DNA of 64,000 nt. Origin: an uncultured bacterium (GTDB lineage Bacteria; Krumholzibacteriota; Krumholzibacteriia; Krumholzibacteriales; Krumholzibacteriaceae). The DNA lies in NCBI GenBank assembly GCA_963786935.1, contig CAWBAN010000002.1, forward strand, positions 416,001-480,000, given 5' to 3'. This document shows positions 8,087 to 15,895 of this stretch, in pieces (position 1 is the stretch's first letter; each line of letters starts with the position of its first letter). Below the pieces are notes generated by a model. It was given only the letters and a program-made list of their open reading frames with translations, had not been told where the DNA came from and searched no databases. Both the position numbers and the translations under genes were made by a program.

Positions 8087-9364
8087 ATGAACGCTATGCT
8101 CGACGCCGAAACCAAGTACAGGCTTCTGGCGCGGATTTCACACGAAATTTGCGACACGTTGGATCTGAATGAGATACTGAATCATTTGCTGGATATGGTG
8201 AATTCCGTAATGGAGTACGATGCGGCAGGCATTTTCGTCCTGAGCGAGGACTTCTTCGAGCCGCAAGGAAGACGGATGAAAACGCTCATCGATGGCATCG
8301 TATTGCGCGGATTCGATTTGCTTCCCAGGAGGATCGATCCGATGGTCAGCGAAGGGAAGGGGATAGTCGGGCACGTGATCCGAACCGGCGAGTGCGTGGT
8401 GGCTTCCGATGTGCGCGCCGATTCCCGCTACGTCCAGGGTCGAAAGGAAACGCTTTCGGAAATCGCCGTTCCCATCGTGAGAGATGAACGGGCAATCGGC
8501 GCGTTGAATTTGGAGAGCGATACGATCGGGGCCTACAGCGACGGCAATCTCGAGATTCTCCGCTTCTTCGCCGATGCCGCGGCCATCTCGATCGACAAAG
8601 CCATGCTGCACCGGCAAATTCTAGAGAAGAAGCGCATCGAGGACCAACTGAATGTCGCGCATCAGGTACAGTCGCGCCTCCTGCCGGAGAATCCTCTGGA
8701 AGTTCCCGGCTATGATATCGTCGGCACTTCCATCTCGGCCTTCGGCGAAATCGGAGGAGACTATTTCGATTACCTGCAGCTCCCGAACGGCCGAATCGGC
8801 ATCGTCGTGGCGGACGTCTCCGGGCACGGGATCCCTGCAGCGCTGATCATGTCGGCCTTTCGCGCGCTCCTGCGAACGCAGGCTCAGCGAGAGTCAGAGC
8901 CCGATCTCATCGCCAAAGCCTTGACACGGCTGCTCCCTGAGTTTATCGGGGAGGAGCACTATGTGACCTCCGTGTACGGGGTGTTGGATCCCATGAACGG
9001 CCGATTCAACTATATCAACTGCGGACACAAAGCTCCGATGCTCTTTCGCGCCGACGGCCGGATCGAACAACTGAAGATCGGAGGTCCCGTTCTGAGCGGC
9101 GCGCTCGCGGATGCAGCGTATCATGTATTTGAGATAGATCTCGCCCGCGGAGATATGCTGGTTATCTATACGGATGGTGTTGTCGAGATCGAGGACGGAG
9201 AAGATGGAGAATTCGGTGACGAGAGACTGAAAATGTTGCTGCAGCGTTCTCTCGATCTCCCGGTTTCGGAGATAATCCGCACGCTTATCAAGACCACTCA
9301 GGAATTCTCCGGCTCGGAGAATTATCATGACGATTTCACGCTCGTTATTGTGCGGCGCATATAG
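8087..9364 (+). CDS. GAF-domain PP2C/SpoIIE phosphatase (RsbU-like)
   Basis: N-terminal GAF; IGGDYFD, VADVSGHGIPAAL, YTDGVVE and DDFTL motifs. Confidence 0.92.
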   Translation: MNAMLDAETKYRLLARISHEICDTLDLNEILNHLLDMVNSVMEYDAAGIFVLSEDFFEPQGRRMKTLIDGIVLRGFDLLPRRIDPMVSEGKGIVGHVIRTGECVVASDVRADSRYVQGRKETLSEIAVPIVRDERAIGALNLESDTIGAYSDGNLEILRFFADAAAISIDKAMLHRQILEKKRIEDQLNVAHQVQSRLLPENPLEVPGYDIVGTSISAFGEIGGDYFDYLQLPNGRIGIVVADVSGHGIPAALIMSAFRALLRTQAQRESEPDLIAKALTRLLPEFIGEEHYVTSVYGVLDPMNGRFNYINCGHKAPMLFRADGRIEQLKIGGPVLSGALADAAYHVFEIDLARGDMLVIYTDGVVEIEDGEDGEFGDERLKMLLQRSLDLPVSEIIRTLIKTTQEFSGSENYHDDFTLVIVRRI

Positions 9365-9436
9365 ACGGCTGTTCCGCTTATCATGTTCATGTGCGATCGA
9401 GCTCGAGCCCGGCGTTCCGGTTGAAAAGGAGAAGGC

Positions 9437-10537
9437 ATGGTACCGCGGACATGGATCGTGGGATTCTTCCTGACAGCGCTTCTGGCGGCGGGCGGGACCG
9501 GTTTTGCGGCGCAGCAGGACACGCCGGCCTGGAACTGGAAGGTGTCGACGCCCGACGAGCAGGGATTGGACGGAAAGGCGCTGGCGGAGTTGACGGACCA
9601 GATCCAGGCGGGCGAAGTCTGCCCCAACCTCCATGCCCTCCTGGTCGTCCGGCACGGCGTTCTCGTGCTTGAAAAGTACTTCAACGGCTGGAAGCGAGAC
9701 GAGCTTCACACTCTCCAGTCGGTTTCCAAGAGCTTCACCTCGGCCTTGGTCGGGATCGCCATAGCCCGCGGGGAATTCAAGGGCGTCGACGAGAAGGTCC
9801 TGGACTTCTTTCCGGACATGAAGGACATCGCGAATATGGATGAACGTAAGGCATCCATGCGCCTCGAAGATCTGTTAACGATGCGGAGCGGAACCGACTA
9901 TCACGAGGAAGGTCCGGATTCCCCCCATTACCAGCTCAATAAGCTTCGAAAGGGCTGGGACAAGTTTTATCTCGACAGGCCCATGGTCCGGACGCCGGGA
10001 ACCGGCTTTCAGTACGATAGCGGCGGCGTGATATTGTTATCAGCCATGCTCAAGAATCGCACGGGAATGCACGCCTTGCAATACGCCAAACGGCATCTCT
10101 TCGAGCCGCTCGGGATCAAGACCTATTTCTGGCTCGCAAACATGGAGGGCCACTCCCACGCGGGCGGCGGACTGAACCTGACGGCTCGCGACACGGCCAA
10201 GCTCGGCCAGCTTTATCTCAACAACGGACGCTGGGGAGACGAACAGGTCGTGCCCGAGGAATGGGTGCGGGAATCCTGCAGGATGCACGTCGATCTGGCG
10301 GGCCCGGGCCAGCCGCCGGCCGGGTACGGATATCTCTGGTGGATCGGGGCGCCTGATCCGCGCGGCGACGGCCGCCAATATGTATCCATGGCCCGCGGGC
10401 GCTTCGGCCAGTTCATCTTTGTCGCTCCCGAGCACGACATGGTAGTGGTCATTCTCAGCGTCCCGAAGGAGGGGGACAATCCCTGCAACTACATGTCGCT
10501 CTTCTACGACCGGATCCTCACGGCCGTCGACCGCTGA
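9437..10537 (+). CDS. secreted serine hydrolase (beta-lactamase class C-like family)
   Basis: Signal peptide; SVSK (SxxK), LLTMRSG, PGTGFQY, YGYLWW. Confidence 0.9.
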   Translation: MVPRTWIVGFFLTALLAAGGTGFAAQQDTPAWNWKVSTPDEQGLDGKALAELTDQIQAGEVCPNLHALLVVRHGVLVLEKYFNGWKRDELHTLQSVSKSFTSALVGIAIARGEFKGVDEKVLDFFPDMKDIANMDERKASMRLEDLLTMRSGTDYHEEGPDSPHYQLNKLRKGWDKFYLDRPMVRTPGTGFQYDSGGVILLSAMLKNRTGMHALQYAKRHLFEPLGIKTYFWLANMEGHSHAGGGLNLTARDTAKLGQLYLNNGRWGDEQVVPEEWVRESCRMHVDLAGPGQPPAGYGYLWWIGAPDPRGDGRQYVSMARGRFGQFIFVAPEHDMVVVILSVPKEGDNPCNYMSLFYDRILTAVDR

Positions 10538-10646
10538 GCACCGCCGCGGCTATCCAGCCGCCGCCAATCGAGGGGCCCTGATGCCCGTTCCTTGAATCGC
10601 CGCTGCGTGTATCTATGCCAGCCTTGCACCTTCTCGCGAGTCCAAT

Positions 10647-10687
10647 AACAGAGAAAGCTCATGAAGAGGGTTACGCTCGGGGAGCCA
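10647..10687 (+). repeat. 40-bp att-arm repeat, copy 1
   Basis: AACAGAGAAAGCTCATGAAGAGGGTTACGCTCGGGGAGCC; 33/40 to copy 2 and 32/40 to copy 3, ungapped. Confidence 0.85.
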
Positions 10688-10727
10688 CATTCTTCCCCGT
10701 TGCCGCTATACGGATGGTTACAGAGGC

Positions 10728-11600
10728 GTGACCTTCGACACCCTCAATAGCGAGATCCTCGAGGCCGGTGCTTTCGCATTGCTGAGTGCTTGCCTGAAGG
10801 AGAACTCGCCGACCTGTACAGGTCTGTTCACGCTGGTCAAGCATGATCTCGTAACATTCCACTTCAAGCGGCTTATAGCCGACGTGCCCAGATACGCTGC
10901 GGGGCGGCGCGAGGTCCAAGAAGCGGGCAAGGATGTCATAAAGAAGAAATACAAGCTCATGAATGGGCTGCTGCTTCTGAGCAAGCATCCAATCGAGATG
11001 CCCGTGTTCCATGAAATTCCCGTCGGTCGCACTCAAGCGAAAGAAGACTCGCTGGCCAGGAAGGGCATCATCGCGGCAACGGTGGTGCTCCCCGGCGATC
11101 TTCGATTCCGGGTCGGCCTTACACATGCCAACTGCAACCTGGGCGGATGGAGTCCGGCACACGCAGCCGATCTTGCATATTGGACCGTCATGGGGGCCGA
11201 GACAGGTCCGGCGATCATGATGGGGGATTTCAACGTTAACGGCATGAGTGCCGCCAAATACGATCAGATGGCCGGTATCTTCGCCGGCGTGGGGGCGCTG
11301 GATGCCGTCAAGCAGCTGAACATGCGCGATTTCGTCACCGTAGATGGGGAGAAGAACTTGCTGTGCCAATACTTCTTCCCAAAGAAACCAGACTCTGAAT
11401 TTGAAGCTTCACGCCTTGACCATGTCTTTTACCGGCCGGACGGCCCCGGCTTGATCCTCAAGCCCGAGTCTGCAAAGGTCATCACTGACTGGAAGTACGT
11501 CCCGGCGGATGGGAAAAATGTCGAGATGGATCTATCGGATCATTATCCGGTGATGGTGACGTTCAGCCTCTGGACCGGGCCGAAGCCGATCATCCCGTAG
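10728..11600 (+). CDS. endonuclease/exonuclease/phosphatase (sphingomyelinase-like), probably 5'-truncated
   Basis: NGLLLLSKHPI, DSLARKG, THAN, MGDFN, RLDHVF, LSDHYPV; N-terminal family motifs not evident. Confidence 0.75.
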   Translation: MTFDTLNSEILEAGAFALLSACLKENSPTCTGLFTLVKHDLVTFHFKRLIADVPRYAAGRREVQEAGKDVIKKKYKLMNGLLLLSKHPIEMPVFHEIPVGRTQAKEDSLARKGIIAATVVLPGDLRFRVGLTHANCNLGGWSPAHAADLAYWTVMGAETGPAIMMGDFNVNGMSAAKYDQMAGIFAGVGALDAVKQLNMRDFVTVDGEKNLLCQYFFPKKPDSEFEASRLDHVFYRPDGPGLILKPESAKVITDWKYVPADGKNVEMDLSDHYPVMVTFSLWTGPKPIIP

Positions 11601-11648
11601 CTCCTCGGTGACCCGATCCCCATCTCGGCGAAGTTGCCTGCTCAGAGG

Positions 11649-12017
11649 TCAGCCGCCGTGCTTCGAGTGCCCCTTGCCTTGCTTCTTTGCCGGTTGCACG
11701 TTGTACTTCTTCGCGAGACCCGGCGGCAAGTTCGAATGGCTGATCGTGGCCCAGGATCCGTGGATCGTCTTGCACCGCGCATAGCGTGTTCCGCTATACG
11801 CGCGGTAGTAGTATCCATTGTAGTAGTAATAGTTGGGGTACCCGGTGACGATATACAATCCGAGTTCCGAGTCGAAGACGAGCTCCACGCCGGAGTGAAC
11901 CACGACGCTACCGTGCTCTGCCGCACTCGGGGGGCCGTAGTATCCGGCCGTGCACGATTGGACCGCGAAAGCGGAAACACCCACGACGATCGCCAAGAGC
12001 AGCGTGTTCCATCTCAT
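11649..12017 (-). CDS. small Tyr-rich lipoprotein with PPGLAKK motif
   Basis: RBS GGAGG; MRWNTLLLAIVVGVSAFAVQSC lipobox; NLPPGLAKK. Confidence 0.75.
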   Translation of the reverse strand: MRWNTLLLAIVVGVSAFAVQSCTAGYYGPPSAAEHGSVVVHSGVELVFDSELGLYIVTGYPNYYYYNGYYYRAYSGTRYARCKTIHGSWATISHSNLPPGLAKKYNVQPAKKQGKGHSKHGG

Positions 12018-12235
12018 TCGTCCCACCTCCTCCGTGTTTCGAGCGGCGCCCAGGCCGGGCTCCATGCCTCCCGGGGCGGCCGCGGTGGCCGACTCCCTGC
12101 ATGGTAGCATCCGATTGAGATCGTGTCAAAGGGAATGGTCCTCAACTTTGCGGACCTGGAATATCGTTGTGGCGGGATGACTTTTGTGATAAAATGCACC
12201 CAAAAGGCGGATGAAATAAATAGAAGGGGCGAGAT

Positions 12236-12676
12236 ATGAAAGATGAGAAGCGAGATGAGGCCCGGGATGAGAAGCGAGACGAGCCTCGGGTCGCAAAGCC
12301 AGACGAGCCTCTGGATGAGGAGCGAGACGAGGCTAGTGATGAAGAGTGGGATGATGCAATGTACCCCGAGCGGGATGAGATTCGGGATGAGGAACGAAAC
12401 GAGGCCCGGGATGTGGAGCGAGATGAGGCCCGGGATGAAGTGCGGGATGAGACCCGGGATGAGGTGCGAGACGAGACTCGGGATGAGGAGCGAGATGAGG
12501 CCCGGGATGATGTGCGAGACGAGATCCGGGATGAGGGGCGAGACGAGACCCGGGATACGCAGCGAGACGAGACCCGGGATGTGGAGCGAGATAAGACCCG
12601 GGATGCGAAACGAGACGAGACCCGGGATGCGAAGCGAGATGCGATAAAGGACGATGCGGAGCGAGATGAACCCTAG
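12236..12676 (+). CDS. RDEx tetrapeptide-repeat, highly charged hypothetical protein
   Basis: 146-aa ORF with purine-rich upstream GAAGGGG; repeats such as [13 protein letters not shown]. Confidence 0.45.
   Translation: MKDEKRDEARDEKRDEPRVAKPDEPLDEERDEASDEEWDDAMYPERDEIRDEERNEARDVERDEARDEVRDETRDEVRDETRDEERDEARDDVRDEIRDEGRDETRDTQRDETRDVERDKTRDAKRDETRDAKRDAIKDDAERDEP
12240..12670 (+). repeat. 12-bp tandem repeat with 24-bp higher-order period
   Basis: Units CG(A/G)GA(T/C)GAG-NNN, alternating CGAGACGAGACC / CGGGATGNGGAG. Confidence 0.9.
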
Positions 12677-12772
12677 CACATTCAGAGGCCATTTGATAAA
12701 CGGCTTGGCAACTGCAGCTCTTTCCACTTTCTGATCCTCGCAGCTATTGTTTCACTACCTAAGGAGGCATCG

Positions 12773-13261
12773 ATGAGAACAAAAGTGGGTCTGTGGATTG
12801 ACCATAGGAAGGCGCTTATCGTGGCCGTTACGGACAAAGGGGAAGAGCTGGGACTGATAATATCGAAGGCAGAAAAACAGCTCCGGCGTTCTGGCGATTC
12901 ACCTCTTCGGGGCCCCTATGAACCACGGCAGGTACCCGCGGATGATAGCCGCCAGCGAGCTCGTACGAGACACCTCAACCTCTATTACGATGCGGTCATT
13001 GCGTGTGTTGGCGATGCAGAATCCATCTTGATATTTGGTCCTGGTGAGGCGAAGGGTGAACTGAAGAAACGTCTTGAAAGAAAGAACCTCGGTGGACGCA
13101 TCGCGGCTGTTGAGACAGTTGACAAGATGACGAATCGCCAAATTGCGGCGAAGGTTCAACAGCACTTTTCCGAAAAACGCTCGGCGGCAGGATCGAGGCG
13201 GGACTACCTGACGCGCTATTCGCGCGGACGCGAAACGCCGCGCAGCTCGAGAGCACGTTAG
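12773..13261 (+). CDS. eRF1-like / host-attachment-type hypothetical protein
   Basis: RBS AAGGAGG; VGLWIDHRKALIV, ILIFGPGEAKGEL, VETVDKMT..QIAAKV motifs. Confidence 0.7.
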   Translation: MRTKVGLWIDHRKALIVAVTDKGEELGLIISKAEKQLRRSGDSPLRGPYEPRQVPADDSRQRARTRHLNLYYDAVIACVGDAESILIFGPGEAKGELKKRLERKNLGGRIAAVETVDKMTNRQIAAKVQQHFSEKRSAAGSRRDYLTRYSRGRETPRSSRAR

Positions 13262-13352
13262 ACTGTCTTGGGACTTGCGGCGAAAATGGACTCTCCGGGA
13301 AGACGGGGGTACGGGCTTCTCAATGGTGCGGCGCGCTGTGCAAGGCACATGA

Positions 13353-13396
13353 AACAGCGAGTGGTCATGAAGAGGGTCGCGTTCGGGGAGCCGGTT
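13353..13396 (+). repeat. 40-bp att-arm repeat, copy 2
   Basis: AACAGCGAGTGGTCATGAAGAGGGTCGCGTTCGGGGAGCC followed by GGTT; 35/40 to copy 3. Confidence 0.88.
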
Positions 13397-13571
13397 TTTT
13401 CACGCTCTCCCCGTTCCGAATCCGCCCCGGCGTTCTTGCCGATCTCGTTCGTGCCGGCGGCTGAATTGCAAACACATAACCCGCCGTATATGTTATAATT
13501 ACACGGTAGACATTCATCCGAATTATCGAACGAACCATAGTTTTTATTTGTCGTTTCTATGGAGGAAATTT

Positions 13572-15257
13572 ATGCGTCGGCTCGCTCAGCTTGCTTCGCT
13601 TGTTATCGTCATGTTGCACCTTGCGGCGCCGTCGGTCGACGCCGCATGGCCCGAAAACGGCGCCGCGATATGCGCGGCGCAGAACAATCAGGACTATCCG
13701 CAAATCGTCTCGGACGGTTCGGGCGGCGCCATCATCGCCTGGCTCGATGATCGAGATCCCCCGGCAACGGCGCTCTATGCGCAAAGAATCGATGGCGCTG
13801 GGGCTGTGCAGTGGGTGGCGGACGGCGTTCCTATAAACACGCCGAGCGAATACATTGACCCGCGGATCATGAGAATGGTATCGGACGGGGCCGGGGGAGC
13901 GATAATCGCATGGATCGAGGACGCCGGCGGCGTGTGCAGCGTCGTCGCGCAGAGGGTAAATGCCGATGGAGAGCTGCAATGGTGGACCGGCGGCTCCCCG
14001 GTCGGAAATGCCGGAGGATTGGGCGACTATCTCGAGATGGAGCCGGATGGAATGGGTGGAGCCGTGCTGGCGTGGCAGGTGGCCGGGGGAATTACCAGCG
14101 ATGTTCGCGCCCAGAGAATCGCCCCTCAGGGCTATGTCATGTGGAACGCATCCGGCGTTATCATGGGCACGGCGAGCCACGACCAGAGTGAACCCGCGCT
14201 GATGGGAGACGGGGCCGGGGGCGCAATCGTCAGCTGGAGCGAGCTGACGGGGACATATTATAACATTCGCGCGCAGCGAATCCGGCCGAATGGAACGATC
14301 GTGTGGGCCGCGGGCGGAATCGCCGTCAGCTCGGTCGACAGCCCGCAGTCCCTATCCCGAATCGCCACGGACTTCAATGGCGGCGCCGTGGTTGCCTGGA
14401 CGGATACGAGACTGCCGGCAACGAACAGCGATATCTATGCACAGAGAATCGACTCGATCGGAGTGGCGGCGTGGTCGCCCGCCGGCGTCGCCGTCTGCGC
14501 GGCGGCCGGCTACCAGAGCTCTCCCCGCATCGCGGGCGAATCCTCGGGGGGAACCTATATCGTCTGGATGGACAATAGGGCGATGAACGGCGACATCTAT
14601 GCCCAGCGGCTGCGAGCGGACGGCGCCGCGGCTTGGACCTCCGACGGAATCGCGGTTTGCTCGGAAGCTTCCGTTGAATACGACCCGCAGATCGCGGCCG
14701 ACGCCGAGGGCGATGCGCTGATCGTGTGGCAGGACACGCGATCGGATTATGGGGATATCTACCTTCAGAAGTATGACACGGCGGGGGTCGCGGCGAAGCC
14801 GTCAAACGGCGAGGCCGTCTGCGCGGCGACCAACGATCAGGCTCGACCGCAGCTCATACCTCATGCTCCCGGCGGCGCGTTCATGACATGGATCGACGGC
14901 CGCGGCGGCGCCGAGCTCGACATCTACGCGCTCGCCGTCACGGATCCGACGACGGCCGCCGAACCGCCCGCGGTCGAACGCGCGGTCCGCCTCGACCAGA
15001 ACGTTCCGAATCCGTTCAATCCCTCGACAAGAATCGCTTTCACGCTCGCGGAGCCGGGGACGATCTCGCTGAAGATCTTCGACGTCGCGGGACGTCTCGT
15101 TCGCGTGCTTGCGAGCGGGCAGTTCACGGCGGGCCCGCACGTCGAGATGTGGGACGGCCGGGACCCGAGCGGACGGGCTGTCGCCAGCGGGATCTATTTC
15201 TACCGGCTCGACGCCGGCGCGGTTTTGCAGACGCGGAAAATGGTGGTCGCGCGCTAG
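13572..15257 (+). CDS. secreted repeat (probable beta-propeller) protein with C-terminal FlgD-Ig-like sorting domain
   Basis: RBS GGAGG; signal peptide; repeated DGxGGAIIAWxD...DIYAQRI units; QNVPNPFNPST...WDGRD...SGIYFYRL. Confidence 0.88.
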   Translation: MRRLAQLASLVIVMLHLAAPSVDAAWPENGAAICAAQNNQDYPQIVSDGSGGAIIAWLDDRDPPATALYAQRIDGAGAVQWVADGVPINTPSEYIDPRIMRMVSDGAGGAIIAWIEDAGGVCSVVAQRVNADGELQWWTGGSPVGNAGGLGDYLEMEPDGMGGAVLAWQVAGGITSDVRAQRIAPQGYVMWNASGVIMGTASHDQSEPALMGDGAGGAIVSWSELTGTYYNIRAQRIRPNGTIVWAAGGIAVSSVDSPQSLSRIATDFNGGAVVAWTDTRLPATNSDIYAQRIDSIGVAAWSPAGVAVCAAAGYQSSPRIAGESSGGTYIVWMDNRAMNGDIYAQRLRADGAAAWTSDGIAVCSEASVEYDPQIAADAEGDALIVWQDTRSDYGDIYLQKYDTAGVAAKPSNGEAVCAATNDQARPQLIPHAPGGAFMTWIDGRGGAELDIYALAVTDPTTAAEPPAVERAVRLDQNVPNPFNPSTRIAFTLAEPGTISLKIFDVAGRLVRVLASGQFTAGPHVEMWDGRDPSGRAVASGIYFYRLDAGAVLQTRKMVVAR

Positions 15258-15279
15258 GTTGTGAGGAGCTCGGATTCCG

Positions 15280-15330
15280 GGAAGCCCGGCTGATGAGTCT
15301 GTTGAAGGCTCGGCAGCCGGGCTTTTTAGC
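15280..15330 (+). terminator. long hairpin plus T-tract, copy 1 of a repeated element
   Basis: AAGCCCGGCTG...CAGCCGGGCTTTTT just after stop; similar copy at 37729-37780. Confidence 0.75.
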
Positions 15331-15359
15331 CGGCAGGGCTGCGTGGCGAGTCGCCCCAA

Positions 15360-15403
15360 AACAGAGAGTCGTTATGAAGAGGGTTGCGTTTGGGGAGCCG
15401 GTT
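15360..15403 (+). repeat. 40-bp att-arm repeat, copy 3
   Basis: AACAGAGAGTCGTTATGAAGAGGGTTGCGTTTGGGGAGCC followed by GGTT. Confidence 0.88.
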
Positions 15404-15459
15404 ATCATACGCAGAAATCTATCTGGGGAAGGTCACGATGGGGCGAAAGAAAATGCCGC

Positions 15460-15489
15460 TTGACTATACATAGTACTGCAATGTATAAT
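15460..15489 (+). promoter_or_regulatory. PadR operon promoter with palindromic operator
   Basis: TTGACT, 18 nt, TATAAT; inverted repeat TATACAT-N9-ATGTATA (15465-15487) spanning the spacer. Confidence 0.65.
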
Positions 15490-15518
15490 AGCTCAAGGTA
15501 TCAGGAGCGCACATCACT

Positions 15519-15872
15519 ATGGATATCGACAAGGATCTCGTCGCCGCCTCCGCAACGCCGCTGGTGCTTGCCATTCTCAGCGAAGGCGACAGCTACGGCT
15601 ACGCCATCATCAAGCGGGTGGGCGAGGTGTCGGGCGGGGAGCTCAAGTGGACGGACGGCATGGTTTACCCGCTACTGCACCGCCTCGAGCGCCGGGGGCT
15701 CGTCGAGGCGGTGTGGGGCCTGTCGGAGACCGGCAGGCGGCGCAAATACTACCGCCTGACCCGGGCGGGCGCCGAGCATCTGGCCGGTCAGCGGCGTCAG
15801 TGGCAGACGGTCGACACGGCGCTTCGCGGCGTCTGGCGCCTTGCCGTCGACCCGGCCGTGCAGCCGGGCTGA
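15519..15872 (+). CDS. PadR-family transcriptional regulator
   Basis: LAILSEGDSYGYAII, GMVYPLLHRLE, RRRKYYRLT. Confidence 0.93.
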   Translation: MDIDKDLVAASATPLVLAILSEGDSYGYAIIKRVGEVSGGELKWTDGMVYPLLHRLERRGLVEAVWGLSETGRRRKYYRLTRAGAEHLAGQRRQWQTVDTALRGVWRLAVDPAVQPG

Positions 15873-15895
15873 TTCCCAACCACGGAGGAAAACGG

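Larger units (their letters stand above)
2985..15405. mobile_element. tRNA-Asn-anchored genomic island made of tandem att-delimited segments
   Basis: Seven same-orientation GGAGCC(A/G) cores, mostly with T-rich right flanks, located at gene-block boundaries. Confidence 0.65.

Noticed and set aside
15290..15312. CTGATGAG resembling a hammerhead ribozyme core
   Set aside because: No GAAA after stem II, and the second copy of the hairpin lacks the motif.
10647..15403. 40-bp repeats as a CRISPR array or as a conserved small peptide (MKRVAFGEP)
   Set aside because: Spacing is 2-2.7 kb and there are no cas genes. The plus-strand peptides have no RBS and diverge right after the core, so att arms are the better explanation.
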